Shown: in pieces, positions 43,339 through 49,091 of the stretch
Numbering within the stretch: position 1 is the first letter of the stretch
Layout of the letters: each line of letters begins with the position of its first letter
From: Candidatus Atribacteria bacterium
GTDB lineage: Bacteria; Atribacterota; Atribacteria; Atribacterales; Caldatribacteriaceae
Length of the DNA stretch: 49,091 nucleotides
Direction of reading: 5' to 3'
Assembly: GCA_035593465.1 (NCBI GenBank)
Contig: DAOSVE010000002.1
Span: 1 to 49,091, forward strand
The notes under the pieces: generated by a model
Seen by the model: the letters and a program-made list of their open reading frames with translations, nothing else
Told to the model about the DNA's origin: nothing
Databases searched by the model: none
Made by a program: the position numbers and the translations under genes

Positions 43339-44873
43339 TAAATCTCCACCCCCAGCTCCCTGAGAACCTGTTTTAGTTGGGCATCTGCTTTTCTTCTTTC
43401 TTCTTCGGCCTCTTTGAGTTGCACAACCGCATCCTCTAAAGGTAGGGTATCATCTTCACCGTTTTGAGCAACATAGCGAGAAGGGCTCAGGTTATAATCA
43501 TTTCTGGCTGCCTCTTCCCGGGTGATAGTTTTGCTTATGCCCTCTTCTTCTCTCCATTGGAGGTAGATATCAGAAATCTGTTTTATACTCTCATCGGGGA
43601 GATAATTTTTGGGTCTACCTTTTTTAAACAGTTTAGAAGCATTAATCAGCAATATCTGCCCTTTTCTCTCAGCTGGTTTAGATTTATTGATTGCTATGAT
43701 AACTCCTGGTGCCGTCGTGTTATAGAAAAGATTTTCGGGCAGCAATAAAACAGCTTCTACAAAATCTCCTTCGACAAACTCCTTTCTTATATCCCTCTCT
43801 CTATTTCTACCTTCGTTTCCGCTGCCTCGGGAAACTGCACCGGTATCGATTACTACAGCCATCTTACCTTTTTCATTTAAAGATGCGAACATATGTTGAA
43901 TCCAGCCCCAGTCTGCACTGCTGGAAGGAGGATAACCAAAAATGAAGCGATTGTATGGGTCATTCTCATAAGTAGAGGGAGGAAAATTCTGGTTCCACAT
44001 GGGATTGGCAGTAACCAGGTCAAATTTTCTGAGCGACCCCTCCGGCGTTAAAAATGCAGGCCTCGTCATTGTATCCCCGAGCTCAATATGAGCTTCCATA
44101 TCGTGAATAAAAGTATTCATCTTAGCTATGGCAAATGTGGAATGCAATATCTCCTGACCATAGAATTTTAGAGGTTCAAGAGAAGAATCTGCTCCATATT
44201 TCTCCTTAAACCGCAAATGAGATTTTATCAAAAGACCTCCCGAACCACAGCAGGGGTCGTATATCTCATCCCCGGGCTCCGGGTTCAGGATGTAAGACAT
44301 CAATATAGCGACTTCTCCGGGGGTATAAAATTCTCCGGCACTCTGCCCGGAACCTTCGGCGAACTTCCGCAATAGATATTCATAAGCCCGCCCTAAAATG
44401 TCAGCATCTACATCGCTTAATCCCAGCCGGTATCTACCTAAAACATCTATGAGCTCTTTTAATCTATCATCGCTGATAATTCTCTGTCCTGCAGCAGTGG
44501 CATTAAAATCTACTGCGTCTATAACACCTTGAAGTTTGTCATTTTCTCTGGCGATAGTGCGAACAGCATCGGTTAAATATTCTCCAACATTGGTGGTCTG
44601 TTTGGCAATTTCCTCCCATCTTGTCTTTTCAGGTAGATAAAAGCGGACGAGGTTATGGTCTTGGGCTAATAACTGTTCAACAATTTCCCTGGAGCAGTAC
44701 TTTTGGGAGAGCCTATTTATTTCATCATCGAATACGTCGGAAAGCCTTTTTAAAAATACGAGGGGCAGAATATAATCCTTATACTTGGGGGCATCAATGG
44801 GGCCTCTAATTTTACAGGCGGCTTCCCATAGCCAGCCCTCCAACGTTTTTACGTCGAGCTCACCTCCGGGCAT
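43338..44873 (-). CDS. hsdM: Type I restriction-modification N6-adenine DNA methyltransferase subunit
   Basis: AdoMet motif YDPCCGSGGLLI, catalytic motif TANPMWNQ (a variant of NPPF/Y/W), HsdM N-terminal domain, GGGAGG SD. Confidence 0.95.
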   Translation of the reverse strand: MPGGELDVKTLEGWLWEAACKIRGPIDAPKYKDYILPLVFLKRLSDVFDDEINRLSQKYCSREIVEQLLAQDHNLVRFYLPEKTRWEEIAKQTTNVGEYLTDAVRTIARENDKLQGVIDAVDFNATAAGQRIISDDRLKELIDVLGRYRLGLSDVDADILGRAYEYLLRKFAEGSGQSAGEFYTPGEVAILMSYILNPEPGDEIYDPCCGSGGLLIKSHLRFKEKYGADSSLEPLKFYGQEILHSTFAIAKMNTFIHDMEAHIELGDTMTRPAFLTPEGSLRKFDLVTANPMWNQNFPPSTYENDPYNRFIFGYPPSSSADWGWIQHMFASLNEKGKMAVVIDTGAVSRGSGNEGRNRERDIRKEFVEGDFVEAVLLLPENLFYNTTAPGVIIAINKSKPAERKGQILLINASKLFKKGRPKNYLPDESIKQISDIYLQWREEEGISKTITREEAARNDYNLSPSRYVAQNGEDDTLPLEDAVVQLKEAEEERRKADAQLKQVLRELGVEI

Positions 44874-44911
44874 ATTTTAACCTCCCTACCTGAATGTCCA
44901 GCCTCTTGAGC

Positions 44912-44942
44912 TTGACAAAATGAAAAAATGGTTTAATATAAT
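44912..44942 (+). promoter_or_regulatory. tRNA promoter candidate, interleaved with the divergent hsdM promoter region
   Basis: TTGACA 44912-17 and TATAAT 44937-42 with a 19 nt spacer (alternatively TAATAT 44934-39). The minus strand of the same AT-rich block offers TATTAT/TATATT for hsdM. Confidence 0.5.
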
Positions 44943-44969
44943 ACTTGCCTTAAGCAAGGCAATAAACGG

Positions 44970-45046
44970 CGCGGGGTAGAGCAGTCAGGAAGCTCGTCGG
45001 GCTCATAACCCGGAGGTCGTCGGTTCGAATCCGACCCCCGCTACCA
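44970..45046 (+). tRNA. Initiator-type tRNA-Met (anticodon CAT)
   Basis: A 77 nt cloverleaf can be drawn: acceptor CGCGGGG/CCCCGCT with a C1:U72 mismatch, D-stem GAGC/GCTC, anticodon loop CTCATAA closed by three G:C pairs (GGG/CCC), T-arm GTCGG-TTCGAAT-CCGAC, encoded CCA. Confidence 0.9.
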
Positions 45047-46154
45047 TTTCTTCTTCCTTCAGCTCCTGGTTTTCTCCCCAGAGAAGAATTTTCTCTCCCC
45101 AAGAAAATAGCTCATTTGTTTCTTCTCCTAAGTCTTCTCCAATTAAACTATCTATAATATTTCCCTTTAAGAACTCCTCCCAGTCTTTTTCTGCCTCTTC
45201 TTCTTTCCCCAGTGCCCGGTAAACCAGAGCTCTGAAGCCATAAGCTTTATAGAAGTGGGGATTAATCTTTATTGCTCTGTTGAGGTCTTCTTGAGCCAGT
45301 TCGTAATCTTTCTTCTGGTAATAAACTATCCCCCTTCCCAGAAGAGCAGGGTAAAATTCCGGTTCTAAATCAATGGCAGTGGTAAAGTCTTCTATAGTCT
45401 CTGCATATTCTCCTTGTTTAATTCGGGCAACTCCTCTCTGGTAGTAAGCGAGGGGAAAATCTTTCTTAAAAGTTAGAGCCTGGGAAAAATCCTGGATAGC
45501 TTGAGAATAATCTCCCTGGTGAAAAAAGCACATTCCCCTTAGGAAGTAAGCCTGAGGATGAGAGGGGTTAAGCTCCAAAAAATGATTTATATCAGCCAAA
45601 ACCTGGTCAGAATAGCTTCTCAATTTTAACAAGATGCGAGCCCGGGCAAGATATACATCGGCCTCTTGAGGGTCAATCTGGGTTACCTGACCGAAGTCTT
45701 CCAGTGCTTCCTTGTATTTTCCCTCTTCTGAGTGAGCTACCCCCCGATTGAAAAATGCCTCTTTCAATTGAGGATTCAATTCCACAGCTCTGGTTAAGTC
45801 GCTAACTCCTTGTTCTATATCTCCTTTTGATAAATAAGCATTACCCCGGTTGTTATAAGCTTCGGCGAAATCGGGTTTCAACTCAATAGCTTTGGAGTAA
45901 TCGTCGATGGCTTTATCTATATCTCCTAAATAGTAGTAAACGTTACCTCGGTGAGCGTAAGCTACAGGGTGATGGGGTAACAAATTTATGATGGCGTTGT
46001 AAACCTCCAGTGCTTCCGAATATCTTTTATCCCGGATAAGAGAGAAACCCTGGTGGAACAATTCTTGTGCTTCAGGAGGAAGGGGATTTGCTATCTCTAT
46101 CAGCGAGACATAAATAGCAAAAATTGCTAAAATAATGATAATTGCCAGAACCAT
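45003..46154 (-). CDS. Membrane-anchored TPR-repeat protein
   Basis: N-terminal TM segment (MVLAIIIILAIFAIYVSLI) followed by about 8 TPR units (AxxxxGxxYxxxGxYxxAIxDFxxAIxLxP). The last 44 nt of the ORF run antisense through the tRNA gene. Confidence 0.78.
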   Translation of the reverse strand: MVLAIIIILAIFAIYVSLIEIANPLPPEAQELFHQGFSLIRDKRYSEALEVYNAIINLLPHHPVAYAHRGNVYYYLGDIDKAIDDYSKAIELKPDFAEAYNNRGNAYLSKGDIEQGVSDLTRAVELNPQLKEAFFNRGVAHSEEGKYKEALEDFGQVTQIDPQEADVYLARARILLKLRSYSDQVLADINHFLELNPSHPQAYFLRGMCFFHQGDYSQAIQDFSQALTFKKDFPLAYYQRGVARIKQGEYAETIEDFTTAIDLEPEFYPALLGRGIVYYQKKDYELAQEDLNRAIKINPHFYKAYGFRALVYRALGKEEEAEKDWEEFLKGNIIDSLIGEDLGEETNELFSWGEKILLWGENQELKEEEMVAGVGFEPTTSGL

Positions 46155-46197
46155 TTTTTCACCCCAGAAGATATTTTCTAAATTCTACCACAAAAAT

Positions 46198-46926
46198 TTA
46201 TAGTTTTTCTATCTGGATATTGCCCTCCACTCCTAAAAACTTTCCTAAAATAATTAAAATCCCTTGAATATCAGTGATTTGCCGGGAAAATTCCAGCACT
46301 TTCTTTATATCCTCTTTTTCTCGCACTCGGTTGGCCAAACTGGTAGCCCAGGCATCAGCCACAGCTGACGATTCGGCTACCACGACTACAGCATCTGCTT
46401 TACCAAAACTTAAAGAATAACCAACTGTCCCTGAAGAGGTAGCTACTCCCCATTTTTTGCCCGGAGATAACTTAATACCTATCCGAAAGCTAAAAGGAGA
46501 ATCTTCTCCGGCATACACTGCCACCACTCGAGCTTCCTGAGAAAAGACCAGTAAATCTCCACCATTTTCAATTATTACCTCCTGGCTTTCTTGGCGGAGT
46601 TCTTCTCCCACCATTTCATTTATTGCCCCAGCAACAGAAGCCATAGGACCTACTCCGGCTTTTTTTGCTGCTTCTGCCATCATCTGGCATACAGGAGGAG
46701 CAAAAGGGGGAGCGGTAACTGGAACTAAAGAATGCAAAAAATCGGGGTCATAACGTAGATAAGCTTCTAAGTTATTTCTTTCCTTTTCTAATCTTTTATA
46801 AGCTAAATCTTCCAGGTTTTTCTGTGCTAGAATGAAAAGGTCGCTCTCTTTTATCTGGACAGAAAAAGGCACTAAATCTGGTGCCCTCGTACATTTACGA
46901 TACCATCTCTCTACATATTCGGTCAC
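46198..46926 (-). CDS. UPF0280 / ApbE-superfamily-like protein
   Basis: GPMASVAGAINEMVG...IENGGDL pattern. GTG 46926 forms a GTGA overlap with the upstream stop and lies 7 nt after GGAGG. The ORF-track start 46968 is inside the upstream gene. Confidence 0.75.
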   Translation of the reverse strand: MTEYVERWYRKCTRAPDLVPFSVQIKESDLFILAQKNLEDLAYKRLEKERNNLEAYLRYDPDFLHSLVPVTAPPFAPPVCQMMAEAAKKAGVGPMASVAGAINEMVGEELRQESQEVIIENGGDLLVFSQEARVVAVYAGEDSPFSFRIGIKLSPGKKWGVATSSGTVGYSLSFGKADAVVVVAESSAVADAWATSLANRVREKEDIKKVLEFSRQITDIQGILIILGKFLGVEGNIQIEKL

Positions 46927-47333
46927 AAAAGAGCCTCCATAGCATGAGTGGGACAGGCTAAAACACACATTTCACAGGCAATACATTGAGTTTCGTCATA
47001 TTTCACCAGGTAGGAAGGCTTTTCCACATACAAAGCCTGAGTGGGGCAAACTCCCACGCAAGAGCCGCAGTGAATACAGCGTTCCTCCACCATTCTTATA
47101 TCCTGGCTTAAAGATTCGACCTCTAACCCATTTTCTTTCAAAAAACGTAATCCTTCTTCTTGCTTCTTTTTCTCTCCGATTATTTCTATTACCATAAGTC
47201 CCTCGCGGTGAGGAGAAATAGAAGCGCGCATAATGTTAAAATGCAGCCCGAACTGAAGAGCTAACTCACACACTAAAGGTCTATCTACCAATTCACCGGG
47301 AAACCGCAAAACTACCTTCTGGGAAGAGTTCAT
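46923..47333 (-). CDS. NIL domain plus 2x[4Fe-4S] ferredoxin domain protein
   Basis: N-terminal NIL-like region (VVLRFPGELVDRPLVCELALQFGLHFNIMRASI), then CIHCGSCVGVCP and CIACEMCVLACP. ATG 47333 lies 7 nt after GGAGG. Confidence 0.85.
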   Translation of the reverse strand: MNSSQKVVLRFPGELVDRPLVCELALQFGLHFNIMRASISPHREGLMVIEIIGEKKKQEEGLRFLKENGLEVESLSQDIRMVEERCIHCGSCVGVCPTQALYVEKPSYLVKYDETQCIACEMCVLACPTHAMEALL

Positions 47334-47337
47334 GTTT

Positions 47338-48561
47338 TCACCTCCCTGTCTTTCCATTATTTACCGGTCTTTCGGGAAGATTATGGAATTGAGGTCCTTC
47401 TTTTCCCGGAAGAGATAAAACTGGTTGAGTTAAAGTGAAATCTCCTTTTTTGATCCAGTCTTTCAGGATTGAAGCTATTTCCCGGGCTCGGGGGTAACTG
47501 GATAAAGAAGCAGTAGGAACTTCTTTCCCTTCTATCTTTATTTTTCCCTGGCGCAACTGAGCGTAGCTCGCATAACCCAATATCTCCCCTGTCCCATTGG
47601 GATAAGCGTTGCTGTAATCTATAATGGGAGCTAAGATATCCTCATCTTTTACTGCACAATAATAAAGGGTTTCTTCATCTAAGATAGGAATGGGCACTCC
47701 CAGACCCACGGCCATAGAGCAACCATAGCCTCTCATACTCACTCCCCACAACCAATTAGCATTCATTCCTTTCAAATCTCCAATCACTGCTAAAGTTCCT
47801 GCTCCTTCTTTGGGGATACCTCGTTCGTTTCTATCTACTCCAGGATTGTGTTGCGTTCCCTGCCAGGCAACATATCCCACTCCCCCTCCCAGAAAGATTC
47901 GCGTTCCTACTCCAATTACTCGATAAAAAGGGTCATTGAGTAGAGGAGAAAGCTGTCCAGCGGAGGAATAATTAGCGTTACCTAATTTGGGGAGCAAGAC
48001 TCCCATATAGGTGTAAAGGGTTTTAGAAGAGAGGTTCACTGCCACATTATAGTTCTGGTAAGCATTACGAGGGTTAAAAAGGTAAGCTTCATTCAAATCC
48101 CTCAGGTTAATCCAGGTTACTAACTTTCGCCGGGGGTAACAGTCCGTTCCGTAACTATAGGCTTCAAGAAGCACATCTTTCCCTGCTACCAAGTCCTGAA
48201 TCACATGACCTCCTCCGTATTTAAATTCTCCAGGGTGGATTTTGTTGAGGGGGTCATCCTGGGCCACCTGTGCTGCTCCAATATAGAAATCTACAGCAGC
48301 TAAACCGGAGTAGGCCATTACTCCATTGAGATAGGCTTCACTAACTTTCATCCTGGGTTTGGTGTGCCCAATATTAAAAAAAGCTCCTGAAGAGCACATT
48401 ACTCCAAAAGTACCGGTGGTCACCACATCTACCTCTTGAGCGACCTTTTCCACTCCTTTTTCCTCTACTAAATCAATTACCTCTTCGGCAGTCACCACTA
48501 CTGCTTTACCCTGTCGAATTTTTTCATTGATTTCTTCATAAGTCCGGAGTTTTTCTCCCAT
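47338..48561 (-). CDS. COG1900/DUF39-family homocysteine-biosynthesis protein
   Basis: RTYEEINEKIRQGKAVVVTAEEV...VDVVTTGTFGVMCSSGAFFN matches the family N-terminus as I recall it. ATG 48561 follows the AGGAGGTG SD; the ORF-track start 48597 lies in the terminator U-run. Confidence 0.85.
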   Translation of the reverse strand: MGEKLRTYEEINEKIRQGKAVVVTAEEVIDLVEEKGVEKVAQEVDVVTTGTFGVMCSSGAFFNIGHTKPRMKVSEAYLNGVMAYSGLAAVDFYIGAAQVAQDDPLNKIHPGEFKYGGGHVIQDLVAGKDVLLEAYSYGTDCYPRRKLVTWINLRDLNEAYLFNPRNAYQNYNVAVNLSSKTLYTYMGVLLPKLGNANYSSAGQLSPLLNDPFYRVIGVGTRIFLGGGVGYVAWQGTQHNPGVDRNERGIPKEGAGTLAVIGDLKGMNANWLWGVSMRGYGCSMAVGLGVPIPILDEETLYYCAVKDEDILAPIIDYSNAYPNGTGEILGYASYAQLRQGKIKIEGKEVPTASLSSYPRAREIASILKDWIKKGDFTLTQPVLSLPGKEGPQFHNLPERPVNNGKTGR

Positions 48562-48594
48562 TTTCTCACCTCCTGCTATTTCTTCCTTATATAA

Positions 48595-48852
48595 CAAAAA
48601 ACCCCTCGTCGAGGGACGAGGGGTTAATCTCGTGGTACCACCCTATTTCGCTGACGCAAGCCAGCCTCTTTTACACCAAAAGAGTGCAGTCTTTTTAACG
48701 GAGACTACCCGTAAACCACTACTTAATTTCGCAGTTTCAACTCCCAGGCCATTTCCCCAGGCTCTGGATACCTGGCTCCCACCTACCCAGGCTCTCTCTA
48801 ATCCTTTCCCTGGTTACTAATCCCGTTCTCGGTCTTTATTTTATTAAAAGTG
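48595..48852 (-). promoter_or_regulatory. T-box riboswitch leader, probable AUG (Met) specifier
   Basis: Minus-strand elements in order: AGUA (48818-15), AGAGAGA bulge (48800-48792), GCCUGG-GUAGGUGGGAG-CCAGGU distal hairpin (48792-70), GAA-AUG-G (AUG 48752-50), F-box CCGUUA (48701-48696), T-box AAAUAGGGUGGUACCACGAG (48649-30), terminator CCCCUCGU/ACGAGGGG plus U-run (48623-48595). Confidence 0.85.
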
Positions 48853-48858
48853 AGCTAA

Positions 48859-48887
48859 ATTGTATAATTTCCATCCTCGTTTGTCAA
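48859..48887 (-). promoter_or_regulatory. Promoter of the T-box controlled operon
   Basis: On the minus strand, TTGACA (48887-82), 17 nt spacer, TACAAT (48864-59). Confidence 0.55.
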
Positions 48888-49091
48888 GCACATGGTGGCT
48901 CTAGATAGTGTCAACTCATTGTAGGAGTACTTTTATTTTTCCCTCTGTTATTAGCTTTTGAGACTCTCTCCATTCAGTATTAGATAGTATCATAAGAACC
49001 ACCCATCCAGGAAAAGTCTTTAGTTAACTCTTTAAGAACCTAATTTCCCGGAAAATTATAACTATGTTTTTGGGTCAATCCCCAGACTCTC

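Noticed and set aside
38353-45100. A classical integrase-mediated genomic island at the tRNA.
   Set aside because: No tyrosine or serine recombinase ORF or recognizable fragment is present in or beside the cassette. The repeats span the whole tRNA locus rather than only its 3' part. I therefore report the arrangement as an unexplained bracketing, not as an integrative element.
251-48597. ORF-track starts at 251, 646, 3616, 15906, 19486, 24452, 29768, 46968, 47357 and 48597.
   Set aside because: Each extension overlaps a promoter, hairpin, terminator or upstream CDS. An in-frame downstream start with a well-spaced GGAGG-type SD is available in every case, so I report the shorter coordinates (317, 661, 3670, 15885, 19564, 24542, 29816, 46926, 47333, 48561).
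48632-48820. The 62 aa plus-strand ORF in the ORF track.
   Set aside because: It lies entirely antisense to the T-box leader, is Pro/Thr-rich and has no SD. It is spurious.
48595-48860. I expected a SAM riboswitch upstream of the homocysteine/methionine genes.
   Set aside because: The leader lacks the SAM-I conserved core. It instead carries the T-box sequence, F-box, AG bulge and specifier-loop landmarks.

Overview
A 49 kb low-GC bacterial window, probably from an anaerobe or thermophile; the taxon cannot be assigned from sequence alone. Core housekeeping blocks alternate with accessory segments. Left to right: (1) csoR-copA copper efflux. (2) A zinc-ribbon gene followed by purB-purM-purN-purD-purE. 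(3) A minus-strand marR plus heterodimeric ABC exporter operon. (4) A core block of MgtC, an AraL/AraM-like HAD phosphatase plus glycerol-1-phosphate dehydrogenase pair, an HD-GYP protein and a COG1533 radical SAM protein. (5) A ~13 kb carbohydrate/keto-acid island at 18.5-32.5 kb. It holds two RraA-like aldolases, two mosaic paralogous CUT1 binding proteins, two permeases, VOC and PPC/DUF296 proteins, a GH42-like glycosidase, a split transketolase, a SorC regulator, a dead permease copy and a DHDPS-like gene fragment. (6) Flavin reductase, SPFH/NfeD and a B12-radical SAM protein. (7) A decayed non-coding stretch with a transposase N-terminal relic and a promoter-to-U-tract structured RNA candidate. 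(8) An NAD(P)H-binding protein and MscL. (9) An hsdM-hsdS-hsdR-mini-M48 (DUF45) operon sitting between an initiator-type tRNA-Met and a degenerate copy of the same tRNA locus. (10) A TPR protein, then a T-box (probable AUG specifier) controlled COG1900 / NIL-ferredoxin / UPF0280 operon, which is the archaeal-type homocysteine route. I saw no rRNA, CRISPR array, intact transposase or integrase. Several ORF-track starts look like N-terminal over-extensions, and I moved them to downstream SD-supported starts. The items I would look at first are the T-box/homocysteine operon, the unclassified RNA at 36.9-37.1 kb, the tRNA-bracketed type I R-M cassette with its mini metallopeptidase, and the operator and recombination architecture of the sugar island. 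All calls rest on reading the sequence and remembered family motifs. No searches were run.
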